A stretch of 23,513 bases of DNA. Origin: a virus. The notes beneath the pieces were generated by a model, which worked only from the letters and a program-made list of their open reading frames with translations, was not told where the DNA came from and did no database searches. Of the stretch, positions 8,430 to 17,750 are shown piece after piece; position 1 is the first letter of the stretch, and every line of letters begins with the position of its first letter. A program made the position numbers and the translations under genes. The stretch covers positions 1-23,513 of the IMG/VR virus record IMGVR_UViG_3300045988_000027; one strand, given 5' to 3'.

Positions 8430-9217
8430 AGACTCTCATCCCTCCACTGTACCTCACGGATAGTTACATTCTTGCCGCTCAATCTGTCGCCGTCCTTAAC
8501 ATAGAACTGCTCTAGCGGGCTAAAACGTTGTAATTCGCTTAGGATATTACGCCCGTCATAAGTAGCTGTCACTTCTTCGGTACCGAATTTAATGACGATT
8601 TCCTTATTAGCTGCGTAGCTACCCTTAAACGATAGCTTGGTTTGACCGTTGATGATTTCGAATTCTGTTGCCGCTGTCGATGTCATGGCTACAATCTTCT
8701 CGGGTATTACCTTCTTAGCGTACGTAAGGTAAACAACGCCATTAGAACGCTCTGGAACTCGTTTCTTATAGCCGTCTGGCACTAACAATACAAAGCTGCT
8801 AACAATTGAAAGTCTGTCTTCCTCGACTTCTTCCGCTTCCTTGAAAATAGCGTAGTAAGTGAAATCCGGCTCATCATCAAAAGTTACTTCGAGATAGCCG
8901 CTAGGACCTACCTCTCTCAAGATGCGGTTAAGCTCTCGGAAAGAGGTCCTCATGACTTGACTAGTGACCGTAGTTAGCTGATATTTAACCTCAATCTCAC
9001 GCTCTGAATCGTTGACACTGTCCACCCAGACACCACGTCGTCCAGGAACTCGAGTAGTTGAAATTTCACGGTTAAGCAACGAGCGGCCCTTAACTGTAAG
9101 CTGTCGATATCCTTGAATGATATCTTCAATAGGCGTACCGTTGATACGCATGTTATCAACTGGCGCTCTTTGCAGCACCGTTGATTCCGTGCGCTTCAAT
9201 GAAGCATAATCATACAT
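8426..9217 (-). CDS. Distal tail protein (Dit), 263 aa
   Basis: Called from its position immediately after the tape measure and before Tal. The size and beta-rich sequence are typical of siphophage tail-family (Dit) proteins. SD AAAGAGG lies 9 nt upstream. Confidence 0.75.
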   Translation of the reverse strand: MYDYASLKRTESTVLQRAPVDNMRINGTPIEDIIQGYRQLTVKGRSLLNREISTTRVPGRRGVWVDSVNDSEREIEVKYQLTTVTSQVMRTSFRELNRILREVGPSGYLEVTFDDEPDFTYYAIFKEAEEVEEDRLSIVSSFVLLVPDGYKKRVPERSNGVVYLTYAKKVIPEKIVAMTSTAATEFEIINGQTKLSFKGSYAANKEIVIKFGTEEVTATYDGRNILSELQRFSPLEQFYVKDGDRLSGKNVTIREVQWRDESL

Positions 9218-9237
9218 TAGCTAAAACCTCTTTTCTC

Positions 9238-12216
9238 TTAATAGTTATCAAGCATTAATTCCATTGATTGAGCGTTAGTAATGTCCTCAGTGAATGCTCT
9301 GTAAGTTGTATCACCCATTTTAAGCACGATGTCCGCCGCTTGTTGAGTAACTGACATCTTACCACCGTTGAATGAAACTGATGGATCATACCCTGCTAAA
9401 CGACCTAACTGGCCGTCCATGCTACCAAGTTCATCAGTGATGGCTCCGTTGATATCTTGACCAGTGAATGCGTCAATAGCTCCTTGGGCCATATAGCGCA
9501 TTGAACGAGCCACTTGGTCCGCTTTGCTATCGATACCGATGATGAAACCTTTATCCGTATAGATACCGAACTGGCGGAATACACGGGATGGCGACTTGAT
9601 ACCAAGCAAGGCTTTAGCGCCATTAATCGCATTACTTACCGCACCTTTAACCGCTGAAATCAACTTGCCGGCTGCGGATGTAACCCCGCTAACGAAACCG
9701 CTAATCAATTGAGAACCAACGCTTGCAGCTTGTCCAACGAATCCACGGGCTGCACTAAGTGCACCGCTGAACGCTGAGCGAACCGCTGAGATAATACGTT
9801 GACCGGCACTTGTTACTGCAGATACCACGGCACTAAATCCGCTAGTAATAGCTGATTGAATTGAGCTCATGGCACTTGATACTGCTGATCTAACAGCACT
9901 CCAAGCTGAGCTTACAATGCTCTGGACGGAACTCATAGCACTTGAAATGATTGACTGGATAGATGACCATGTACTTGATACAGTGCTAGCAATCGCACTC
10001 AATACGCTACTAATAAGCGACAAGATAGCGTTCCAAATCGCACTGATAGTGGATTGAATAGCTGACATGATTGACGAAATAGCCGCTTGAACTTGCGAGA
10101 AGTTACCAGTAACCAATCCGACGATGGCAGCTAATACACCAGCCAAAACAGCTTGAATACCTGTCCAGATAGCGCTCCAAATTGCTTGAATAGCTGACAA
10201 GGTGCTTGAAATAATGCTTGATATGCCGGCCATGATAGGTGACAGAATAGACATGATTGTATTCCAAACCGTTGAGAACACTGTCTGGATAACTGTCCAT
10301 GCTGCTGACCAAATGGATTGAATCACAGCAATACCAGCACTAATCACACCGCTAATGGCAGTCATAGCTCCGCCAGCGATTTGTTGAAGCAGTGCCCAAA
10401 GTGCTTGGAATGGAACAGCTAACAATGCCCACGCTGCATTCCAAATAGCAAGAATGAACTGAATCCCCGCTTGGATAATCGGACCAATAGCATTGATACC
10501 GATTGAAACAAGCGACTTGATACCTTCCCAAACAGTAGACAAGATGGTTTTGAACGTTTCCCACGCTCCAGACCAGTCACCTTGTAAAATCTGCATCCCC
10601 ATTTTGATGATGTTTAAGATAACCTCAATGACTGTTGAAATAACAGTCGTAATCATTTGCCAGCTTGTCGAGAACAACGTGATTAGCAAATTCAATCCAG
10701 TTTGAACCACTGGAAGAATGGCGTTCATGACGTTTTCAATCATGCCCTTGAACATGTTCCAGTAAGTCGTCGCCGTTTGCATAATCAAGGCGTGGTTTTC
10801 ATTCCAGAACGAGGTCAACTGACCCCAAATCGACATAACAAACGACACGATGGCTTGAACGGCGCTAGTGATTGCACTCTTGATGGTTTCCCAGATTGCC
10901 GTAACTTGTGCACGGAAATTCTCGTTATTGTTCCACAAATCAACGAGCGCCGCTACTACCATCCCAACCGCTAACGCAATCCCAGCGAACGCAGCGAGTG
11001 AGGCAGCAGAGACACCTTCGACAGTAGAAGCGAACGAGGCCCAAACAACCTCACCGCCTTCAACAGCTTCTGAAGCAGTCGAGAATATGCCTAACACTTC
11101 CCCAATCTTACTTATTGCAGTTACTACATTACCAACCCACGTTATCAGTGTCCCGAGGGCGAATATTACTGGTCCTACAGTACCGATGATTAAAGCTGTC
11201 CATTTAACCCAGCCGTCAACAGGCAGATTGTCCCAGATAGTCCCTAGAACACGCACCACGTTATCTTTAAACGTGATGATAGTCTGCTTCATGTTTTCCA
11301 TTAGCTGCTTGATATTAGCTTCGTTATTACCGAGACCGGCCACTAAGTTCTCAGCGGCAGCCTTCATGGAATTGAACGAGCCCGAAACTGTTGTACTTGC
11401 TTCTTTTGCAGTCGTTCCAGTAACCCCAAGCCTATCTTGAGTAATACCGATGGCATCAATCAATGTATGGAATGGAATATCACGGATATTGTCAGCCGTA
11501 GCTTCAAACTCACCGTTTAAGACACCGGACTCATTGACCAAGCGAGCCATTTCGGACATGGTACCACCGTAACCGAGTTTCAAGTTGTCCAGCATTGAAT
11601 AGTTGTCCTTGGCAAAGCCTTGATATGCGTTTTGAATGTCCGTCATGTTAGTACCGAACTTGTTCGCATTATCTGACATTTGGACAAGGGCTTTATCCCC
11701 GTATTTCGCAGCCTTGGCAGTATCACCGCCTAGACCTTGTAACAAGGTAGCTGAGAACGACGTTACCTGCTCCATGTATCGATTAGCAGATACGCCAGCC
11801 GTTCTATATGCTCGGTTGGCGTTCTCGATGACGTTGGTTCCCTCACGGTCCATTGTGTTATACAGCGCTTGGGCTTGTTCCCTGGTCATGCCGTAGTCTC
11901 TGGCAAGGGTGTTGACACTTGAACCATTCTGTTTGAACAGCGTAGAAACACCACCCAAAGATTGCTCAAGGTCTGCATAACCTTTGATGACGGCAGTTAA
12001 CCCACCAACCATAGGCAGTGTGAAAGCCGTGGTCATTCCTGCACCGACTGACTGCATGGCGCTACCAACTGACTTCAAGCTGCTACCAACTTGAGCAAGC
12101 ATGCCCCCAGACTGATTTCTCAAATCAGCAAGGGCAGACCTAGCAGCATTGACACCATTGGTGAAGTCGCTTGAGTTGGCACGTAATATGGCCGTAACGT
12201 CAAAAGATGCTCCCAT
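9238..12216 (-). CDS. Tape measure protein, 992 aa
   Basis: This is the largest ORF after the chaperone pair. It has a helical N-terminal region and a very long Ser/Ala/Ile-rich repeat region with regularly spaced Trp/Phe (e.g. AIWSAIWTGIQAV, SIWSAAWTVIQTVFSTVWNTI). No lytic domain was recognised. Confidence 0.9.
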   Translation of the reverse strand: MGASFDVTAILRANSSDFTNGVNAARSALADLRNQSGGMLAQVGSSLKSVGSAMQSVGAGMTTAFTLPMVGGLTAVIKGYADLEQSLGGVSTLFKQNGSSVNTLARDYGMTREQAQALYNTMDREGTNVIENANRAYRTAGVSANRYMEQVTSFSATLLQGLGGDTAKAAKYGDKALVQMSDNANKFGTNMTDIQNAYQGFAKDNYSMLDNLKLGYGGTMSEMARLVNESGVLNGEFEATADNIRDIPFHTLIDAIGITQDRLGVTGTTAKEASTTVSGSFNSMKAAAENLVAGLGNNEANIKQLMENMKQTIITFKDNVVRVLGTIWDNLPVDGWVKWTALIIGTVGPVIFALGTLITWVGNVVTAISKIGEVLGIFSTASEAVEGGEVVWASFASTVEGVSAASLAAFAGIALAVGMVVAALVDLWNNNENFRAQVTAIWETIKSAITSAVQAIVSFVMSIWGQLTSFWNENHALIMQTATTYWNMFKGMIENVMNAILPVVQTGLNLLITLFSTSWQMITTVISTVIEVILNIIKMGMQILQGDWSGAWETFKTILSTVWEGIKSLVSIGINAIGPIIQAGIQFILAIWNAAWALLAVPFQALWALLQQIAGGAMTAISGVISAGIAVIQSIWSAAWTVIQTVFSTVWNTIMSILSPIMAGISSIISSTLSAIQAIWSAIWTGIQAVLAGVLAAIVGLVTGNFSQVQAAISSIMSAIQSTISAIWNAILSLISSVLSAIASTVSSTWSSIQSIISSAMSSVQSIVSSAWSAVRSAVSSAMSSIQSAITSGFSAVVSAVTSAGQRIISAVRSAFSGALSAARGFVGQAASVGSQLISGFVSGVTSAAGKLISAVKGAVSNAINGAKALLGIKSPSRVFRQFGIYTDKGFIIGIDSKADQVARSMRYMAQGAIDAFTGQDINGAITDELGSMDGQLGRLAGYDPSVSFNGGKMSVTQQAADIVLKMGDTTYRAFTEDITNAQSMELMLDNY

Positions 12217-12551
12217 TAACTACCCCCTTTCTTTGTTTGATTGATGATCCTATTCTTATCAGCTAACGAGAGCGCTCGACTTCTAGGCGCAGTGTCCTCT
12301 GGTTTAAATATCTTACTGAACTCTTTTTCATGGTCATAAAACTCATTAAAGGTTCTGTAAGCTGAGCGAACACTCTTGCCCTTGCCTTTGGTAGCTTGGA
12401 CGGTCTGGTTATACCACGCTTGAATAGCTGCGTTAAAGCGGATATCCTCTTGTTTAATTGCGTAGGCGGTATTATATACCTCAAATTCAACAAGCGTTGT
12501 CCTAGCTGCTTCTGCGTAGCTCATGCCATGCCTTGCAATCAACAAAGCCAT
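12216..12551 (-). CDS. Tail assembly chaperone, downstream (T) segment, probably expressed as a -1 frameshift fusion with ORF 12593-12934
   Basis: The ORF lies in the -1 frame relative to the upstream chaperone. That frame is open from 12644, so it overlaps the last ~16 codons of the upstream ORF. No convincing SD precedes its own ATG. The position directly before the tape measure is conserved. Confidence 0.7.
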   Translation of the reverse strand: MALLIARHGMSYAEAARTTLVEFEVYNTAYAIKQEDIRFNAAIQAWYNQTVQATKGKGKSVRSAYRTFNEFYDHEKEFSKIFKPEDTAPRSRALSLADKNRIINQTKKGGS

Positions 12552-12592
12552 AGCGTCGTCATAGCTGAAATCATAATCTGGTTGACTGTGCC

Positions 12593-12934
12593 CTACTCTT
12601 GAACGTTCATTGCGAGTTTGAGTAGGGATGACGCTTTTAACTCGTCAATAATAGAGTCAATCGTCTCCTTGTATTTACCTTTGTCAATCAAATCAGCAAG
12701 ATAGGCTTCAATGTCTGCATCACTTGGCTTTTGTAGCGCTGTAATCGTACCAGCTTTGATGATATCCACAAACGCAAGAGGGTCGTTGATAGCTACACCG
12801 GCTGAAATCAATGTCATAGCACCGTAGCCGGTCTTCATGCCTTCAAGTTCTGCCGAGTGCAATTTGTTGATCTCACGCAAGAACGCAAGTCCGAAAATCA
12901 AATTAAAGTCTCGTCCGTTGATAGATAGAATCAT
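12593..12934 (-). CDS. Tail assembly chaperone (G-like), 113 aa
   Basis: Called from its position between the major tail protein and the tape measure. SD AAAGGAG lies upstream. It is small and acidic and is followed by a -1 frame overlap. Confidence 0.75.
   Translation of the reverse strand: MILSINGRDFNLIFGLAFLREINKLHSAELEGMKTGYGAMTLISAGVAINDPLAFVDIIKAGTITALQKPSDADIEAYLADLIDKGKYKETIDSIIDELKASSLLKLAMNVQE
12634..12640 (-). promoter_or_regulatory. Best candidate -1 slippery site (UUAAAAG on the mRNA) for the G/GT chaperone frameshift
   Basis: This is the only A-run inside the 12596-12644 window where both frames are open. Lys AAA can re-pair with AAA in the -1 frame. It is not a canonical X XXY YYZ heptamer. 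Confidence 0.3.
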
Positions 12935-12953
12935 GTTTTATTTCTCCTTTATA

Positions 12954-12982
12954 CAAAAAAAGCAAGGGCACAAAGCCCCTGC
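12954..12982 (-). terminator. Rho-independent terminator downstream of the major tail protein gene
   Basis: The minus-strand RNA reads GCAGGGGC-uuugu-GCCCUUGC, an 8-bp GC-rich stem with one G.U, followed by UUUUUUU. It lies in the 54-bp gap between ORFs 12989-13531 and 12593-12934. Confidence 0.8.
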
Positions 12983-12988
12983 AATAGA

Positions 12989-13531
12989 CTAGATAGATGA
13001 AACTAGGCCGTCTTCTTTAGCAAGAGTGTGGTAGTCGTATTGAGCGCTTGCGACTGCTTGCTTCTGAGCTTCTGTCAAGCTGTCTGTTGAAATAATACCG
13101 TTGCCATCGATAGCCATTTCGTAAGAAAGCTCCACTTTGTCGTCAGCGGGTGCTGAAATTTCAAAGTTCTTGAGATAGCCTTGGTAATATTCAACGTCAT
13201 AGACATCCTTGCTACCAGAAGTGCGTTTAGAAGCAAGGTCAACTTGCCAGCACTCTACTTTTTCGCCTGCGATGAACCATTTACGCATTTCACGCCACAT
13301 TTCAACAGTAGTGCCATCTTCACGATACGCAAGTGATACGAATTCTCCAGACACTTCACCGTCTGAAATAGAGTTGACTACGCCGTCTTTGGTTTTGGTG
13401 GCTTCGACCTCTTTTTCAGCGTTGAAAGTGTGTTCTGTTTGGAAACGTACTTTAGCAGCATCTTGCGTCTTTTGGTCTTTCACACGACGGAAAAAGACCA
13501 TTAGGTCTTTACCCAAAATAAGTTCTGCCAT
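12989..13531 (-). CDS. Major tail protein, 180 aa
   Basis: Called from its position (after the tail completion genes, before terminator and chaperones), its size, and a sequence style typical of TP901-1/phi13-type major tail proteins. Confidence 0.8.
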   Translation of the reverse strand: MAELILGKDLMVFFRRVKDQKTQDAAKVRFQTEHTFNAEKEVEATKTKDGVVNSISDGEVSGEFVSLAYREDGTTVEMWREMRKWFIAGEKVECWQVDLASKRTSGSKDVYDVEYYQGYLKNFEISAPADDKVELSYEMAIDGNGIISTDSLTEAQKQAVASAQYDYHTLAKEDGLVSSI

Positions 13532-13912
13532 TTATTCCTCCTTTTTGGTATATGAAAATGAAAAATCCAGCACAATGTGAATCAATGGCTGGACGTCTGT
13601 ATTATCTGGTAAGACTTGCTTGTCTGTCCCAGTCTTCAATAAGTTGTATTCAAACCCTTTAATTCGTTCGCTAGCTTGTTCCAACGTCTGACAGTGAGCG
13701 TCTAGCTCTGCACGCTGCACTCTAGTCCCGTAGATATGGACGGTTTGTCTTATCGTTCCAAAATTGTCGTTATTGAGCGTAGGCGCTGAGCTATTCTCGC
13801 CGATGAAAGCGAAGGGATAGCTGGCGGATGAATCGGGTAAGTAGTCATAAGTTGCCAATGTTTCGTCAGCAATAGCGAATAGATTTCTGAATAAGTCGTG
13901 GCTAGGTGTCAT
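13532..13912 (-). CDS. Tail completion / tail terminator-like protein, 126 aa
   Basis: It is the gene immediately upstream of the major tail protein and overlaps the preceding gene as ATGA. The call rests on position and size only. Confidence 0.55.
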   Translation of the reverse strand: MTPSHDLFRNLFAIADETLATYDYLPDSSASYPFAFIGENSSAPTLNNDNFGTIRQTVHIYGTRVQRAELDAHCQTLEQASERIKGFEYNLLKTGTDKQVLPDNTDVQPLIHIVLDFSFSYTKKEE

Positions 13913-14262
13913 TTAAAGGCTCCTTCCATAACTTTCCGAATTTGCTCCGTGAAGTAAGGCTCGATTTGGTGCATCATAGGACGCATAAACGGCTTACCGG
14001 GCTGATAGCGTGTGCCAAACTCTTGAAACCCGCTATAAGACGCTGCTGAATGAATGTGCGATTCCTCGCCCATGTGCCTAGTGGTGATGTTAGCTCTCAA
14101 GAAGCCGGTATCAACTGGCGCAAGCCCTTTTGAAATGCTCTTGCCTTTCTCGGCTGAGTTTTTAAGAGCTGTTTGGGCTTGTGTTCTAACCCCTTGGCTT
14201 GCCTTATTCAAAGCAGCAGCGAGGACTGTGTCACCTCTCCACTCGATTGTGAAATTAGCCAT
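13909..14262 (-). CDS. HK97 gp10-family head-tail protein, 117 aa
   Basis: The sequence style (APVDTGFLRANI..., GTRYQPGKPFMRP) and its position match the HK97 gp10 family. Confidence 0.7.
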   Translation of the reverse strand: MANFTIEWRGDTVLAAALNKASQGVRTQAQTALKNSAEKGKSISKGLAPVDTGFLRANITTRHMGEESHIHSAASYSGFQEFGTRYQPGKPFMRPMMHQIEPYFTEQIRKVMEGAFK

Positions 14263-14563
14263 TTAGCTCACCTCTTTTCAACCTGATTGCGCCCTTAATC
14301 GGTGCGTCAATCTGTTCGATAGGGTAATACTTCTTACCCCCATAAAGAGCGTAGTCAAACGGCTTCTGCTCTTTACTGAATCGGCATATCATGACCACGT
14401 CGGACCTACTCCCATAGGCTTCAAATGCACGCTGTTGGTCAATGAAGTTAACCAAACAAGGCACAATCTTACTAGACTGCGCCTTTTCTTCGTGCTTATC
14501 AGTAATCGGGTTGTAAGTCGAAACTCCTTGATTCACTAGCTTGATGCGGTGCGGTGTTTTCAT
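14255..14563 (-). CDS. Head closure / head-tail joining protein, 102 aa
   Basis: Called from its position between the gp6-like connector and the gp10-like gene. It is small and beta-rich and has overlapping start and stop codons with both neighbours. Confidence 0.6.
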   Translation of the reverse strand: MKTPHRIKLVNQGVSTYNPITDKHEEKAQSSKIVPCLVNFIDQQRAFEAYGSRSDVVMICRFSKEQKPFDYALYGGKKYYPIEQIDAPIKGAIRLKRGELNG

Positions 14564-14907
14564 AGAAACTTCACCTTACCTTTTCGAGCTAACGAGCCGT
14601 CCAGACCGAAATCTTTATCCAAAATCTTTCTGTAAGGCTTGAACATGTCGTCCCAATCTTCGTAGGTGACTGAGTAACCGTCTACGTTCTCGGTTTTGAC
14701 ACCCTCTGACCCCTTACGACCATAGAGCTTGTAAACAACATTTTCGATGATGAAATGATACTTCTTGTCAATCTCGGTTGTTCCGACAAGCGCTTTGAAA
14801 TAGCTCTCAGCGTCGTTGACTAAGTCTTCAATCAATTCATCCTCAAGATCGTCTTCAACGTCGATACCCAACCGACGCTTAATCTTCTCAAGTTGGATAT
14901 CGTTCAT
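14560..14907 (-). CDS. gp6-like head-tail connector (adaptor), 115 aa
   Basis: The N-terminal LEKIKRRLGIDVEDDLEDELIEDLVNDAESYF is the typical signature of the phage gp6-like connector family. It lies downstream of the capsid gene. Confidence 0.75.
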   Translation of the reverse strand: MNDIQLEKIKRRLGIDVEDDLEDELIEDLVNDAESYFKALVGTTEIDKKYHFIIENVVYKLYGRKGSEGVKTENVDGYSVTYEDWDDMFKPYRKILDKDFGLDGSLARKGKVKFL

Positions 14908-14908
14908 T

Positions 14909-15181
14909 TTAGACCCCCTCCGCAGCCTTTAGAAGTTCTTCTAAATCTGCTTTCTTTGCTTTGGCATCATACTCGATACCAGCTTCATCAAGTTTTGCTT
15001 TGATTTCCTTGACTGTAAGCTCTTTCGACGGCTCGACTTGTTCGATACCGCCTTTTTCAAGAACTTCTGCCACACGCTCTTTAGATGGCTCATAGCCTTC
15101 TCGTGGGTAAACTTCCCCGACTTGGTAGATATACTCGTTATCTTGCAAGTCACGGAATGTAATCTTAGCTTTATAGGTCAT
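14909..15181 (-). CDS. Small HeH/SAP-like motif protein, 90 aa
   Basis: The C-terminal TVKEIKAKLDEAGIEYDAKAKKADLEELL matches the helix-extended-helix (Rho-N/LEM-like) motif often found next to capsid genes. Confidence 0.55.
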   Translation of the reverse strand: MTYKAKITFRDLQDNEYIYQVGEVYPREGYEPSKERVAEVLEKGGIEQVEPSKELTVKEIKAKLDEAGIEYDAKAKKADLEELLKAAEGV

Positions 15182-15194
15182 TTAAACCTCCTGA

Positions 15195-16127
15195 CTAGAC
15201 TCCTACTGGTTGGATCGCTGCAAATGCTTCGTCGTTTGGAATCGCTACGGCAATTTCAAAGATTGCACGAAGTGCTTGCATGTCTTGTTCAAACAAATGA
15301 ACGTCACCAGAATCAAGGTCGCCATTGTTTTGAACTTTAGACAAAGTAGCTTGGTCTGCGATTTTAAGACGCAAGTTAGTCCCGTTTGGAATACCGTAAA
15401 CCAAACCATTGAAGTTACCAGTAATCAATGTACCTGCTGGGTAAGTTTGCCCATCTTGCAATTGAAGTTGAGAATATGGAAGACCATCAAGCTCACCGAT
15501 AGCGTTAGGGTTAGCTGGCTTAGTGAAGATGTGTTGACCGCCGTTCACGTTGTCCACAATTCCACGGAGTGTGCGGTTGATAGTGCGGTGTCCTACGAAT
15601 GCGTTAGGTTCTTTTTCTGACTTGTCCTCAACGTCGTAGATGTTATTGAGGTTGATGTCACCAGATACGATGTTCTGAGCACGTTTAGCAGACGCCAAAA
15701 CGTTAGCACCGAATGGGTTGTTATACAAACCAAGGAAAGCAGCTCCGTCGATTTTCTTGTTAAACAAGTCAACAATCTTGTCCTTGATTGATTCGAAGAA
15801 GTCAGTCCAAGTGTAGTTGAGGACTTCTTCTGTAACTGGCAAGATAACCGCCAATTTACGAGATTCAAGAACATAAGATTTAGTTTGTACTTTTGCAGTA
15901 CCGATTTTTTGGCCTTCACCAACGAAGTAAGCGTCTGTCAATTGACCAACTTCAACGCCCTTGCGGACCATTTTGCCTTCCATTTCAACTTTTTGACCAA
16001 GCTGAATGACTTTTGAAGTTTTTACAAGTTCGTCAGTGAATAGATCAGTGATGTATTCTGATGTAATCTCTTTTCCAAGAGAATCAGACAAGAGGACTGT
16101 GTCCGGATTGAATTTTTGTTGAGCCAT
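15195..16127 (-). CDS. Major capsid protein (HK97 fold), 310 aa
   Basis: It follows the scaffold gene. The size and the C-terminal motif HLFEQDMQALRAIFEIAV are typical of HK97-family capsid proteins. Confidence 0.85.
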   Translation of the reverse strand: MAQQKFNPDTVLLSDSLGKEITSEYITDLFTDELVKTSKVIQLGQKVEMEGKMVRKGVEVGQLTDAYFVGEGQKIGTAKVQTKSYVLESRKLAVILPVTEEVLNYTWTDFFESIKDKIVDLFNKKIDGAAFLGLYNNPFGANVLASAKRAQNIVSGDINLNNIYDVEDKSEKEPNAFVGHRTINRTLRGIVDNVNGGQHIFTKPANPNAIGELDGLPYSQLQLQDGQTYPAGTLITGNFNGLVYGIPNGTNLRLKIADQATLSKVQNNGDLDSGDVHLFEQDMQALRAIFEIAVAIPNDEAFAAIQPVGV

Positions 16128-16145
16128 GCGCTCTCCTTTCTTTGA

Positions 16146-16697
16146 TTAGAAATTAGTGATTTTGGCTTTATCAAACTTGTCTTTTCCACGATGAGAACGC
16201 CCTTCCTCTCCACCGCTTGTGCGAGGTGGTAGAGCTTTAGCTTCTTCACGTTTCTGCAAGTTTAGAATGTTAGCCATGTTTGAAACAGCTAGCTTGGTAG
16301 CTTCTTCATCGCCTTTGACAACGAAAGCAAGCGTTGACTCATTGACAGGCACGCCTTGAGCTTCGAGCTCTTTAATGGCGATATCCTGCATTTGACGTTG
16401 AGCGATTTGGGCTTGAAGTGCTGCAATTGTGCTCTGGGCTTCTTCGAATTCTTTATCCCTCTGTTTCTGCTGCAGCTCTTGAAGTTCTTCTTCGCTCATT
16501 TTAGCTTTAGCAACGGCTTCCTCAATTTGAGCTTGAATACCGGTTTGCATATCAGCAATTTCAAGAGTATGTTTTTCTTCCATCTGTTTGAGTCTGCGCT
16601 GCATTTCAGCGACTGACACCATTTTTTCCTCTTTTTCTGGTTGGCTAGCTTCAACCTCTTGAGGATTTTCAACTGTTTCAAGTTCTTTTTCTGCCAT
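16146..16697 (-). CDS. Scaffolding protein, 183 aa
   Basis: The protein is highly charged and Glu/Gln/Lys-rich with coiled-coil character. It lies between the MuF-like gene and the capsid gene. SD AAAGGAG lies 6 nt upstream. Confidence 0.8.
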   Translation of the reverse strand: MAEKELETVENPQEVEASQPEKEEKMVSVAEMQRRLKQMEEKHTLEIADMQTGIQAQIEEAVAKAKMSEEELQELQQKQRDKEFEEAQSTIAALQAQIAQRQMQDIAIKELEAQGVPVNESTLAFVVKGDEEATKLAVSNMANILNLQKREEAKALPPRTSGGEEGRSHRGKDKFDKAKITNF

Positions 16698-16784
16698 GAT
16701 AGGCTCCTTTCTTTACGCTTTTACGTCCAACCTCGACGAACTCATGCAGCTTTTAAATGTCATCAGCACGGTCTGGACAAAGGC

Positions 16785-17750
16785 TTACTCGCCCCAAACG
16801 CCGTTAATGGCTTCTTCATCAAGAGTGCTGCCGCCGGCTTTGTATTCCATTTTGATGTGTCCATACGCTGAACAACGGCAGTTAGGGTGCATTGGGTACA
16901 TGTTAACCCCCTTTTCCGCCTTGTTAATCGGTATGGCTTTTCTATCCAAAGGCTTACAGATATCGCAAGCCCCACTTTCAGCGACATAGATTAAATGCGT
17001 GAAGTCATTCTCCTTCAACATCATCAATTCTGTATCAGCATTAATGCGAGCTATTTCGGTCTTGAGTAGCCGTTGGGCGTTGGACTGACTTGTGTTATAT
17101 TTCTTAGCTAATCGCTGCCGTTCCTGCTTAAAACCGTCCATGTCAGTGAAGATACGTGCTAACGAGCTAAACACATCCTTCTGCATGTTTGCATGAAGTC
17201 CGTTTCTGCCCCAAACTCTACGACTAAAATTCTGCCCGTAGAAATCAGCGTCTAAAATCGCTCTCATGCGGCTTACTGCATTGACGGCAGAATTGCCCAA
17301 GATACCCGCTTGACGCCTAAACTCGGCTAAATATTCGCTCTCACGCGCCTCGTCAAAGACTTCGTTAACGTCTGATATAAGGCTAGCTATTTCAAGCCTT
17401 AATTCTGCTTGGAGCAGCTCAAAGCGACTGACTTTCATTTTAAGGTTAAACAGTCTCAGCCATTGGTTAGTGCCGTGCGAGAAATCTTTCTCGACTACTG
17501 CCTTCCTAGCTCGGTCTCTGTACTCAGTGACATCGAACTCACTAGCTCGCTTCATAGCTTCGGCACGGCTCAGCCCCTCTTTGTCAGCATAGCGCATGTA
17601 AAACCCGTTTATTTGGCTTTGCATGCGGTTATATGACGCTTGATAGAGCTCTTTTAAGACCTTGTCACGCTCTATATCTCGCTTAATTAGGTCTGATTGT
17701 GCTTTTCGTTCAGCATTGTAGCGTTCATTATTCGTCATCATCCTCAACAC
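16785..17750 (-). CDS. Minor head protein, SPP1 gp7 / Mu F family, about 318-321 aa
   Basis: It directly follows the portal gene. The C-terminal CDICKPLD...HPNCRCS motif is typical of the family. The start is ambiguous: GTG at 17750, or ATG at 17741 or 17738. Confidence 0.8.
   Translation of the reverse strand: MLRMMTNNERYNAERKAQSDLIKRDIERDKVLKELYQASYNRMQSQINGFYMRYADKEGLSRAEAMKRASEFDVTEYRDRARKAVVEKDFSHGTNQWLRLFNLKMKVSRFELLQAELRLEIASLISDVNEVFDEARESEYLAEFRRQAGILGNSAVNAVSRMRAILDADFYGQNFSRRVWGRNGLHANMQKDVFSSLARIFTDMDGFKQERQRLAKKYNTSQSNAQRLLKTEIARINADTELMMLKENDFTHLIYVAESGACDICKPLDRKAIPINKAEKGVNMYPMHPNCRCSAYGHIKMEYKAGGSTLDEEAINGVWGE

Noticed and set aside
10868-11440. A 190-aa plus-strand ORF, together with the other plus-strand ORFs in the track (e.g. 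377-580, 1206-1547, 4165-4515, 7099-7410, 13209-13580, 15210-15620, 16696-16989, 20255-20512, 21258-21494, 22679-22942)
   Set aside because: All lie antisense inside long, well-supported minus-strand genes. They lack SD sequences and have low-complexity or odd composition. The TMP antisense ORF is a by-product of the Ser/Ala/Ile repeat codons.
16785-17750. A MuF-fused polymorphic toxin domain
   Set aside because: The protein is of ordinary length (about 320 aa) and ends right after the CxxC...CxC motif. There is no extra C-terminal domain and no adjacent immunity-like ORF.
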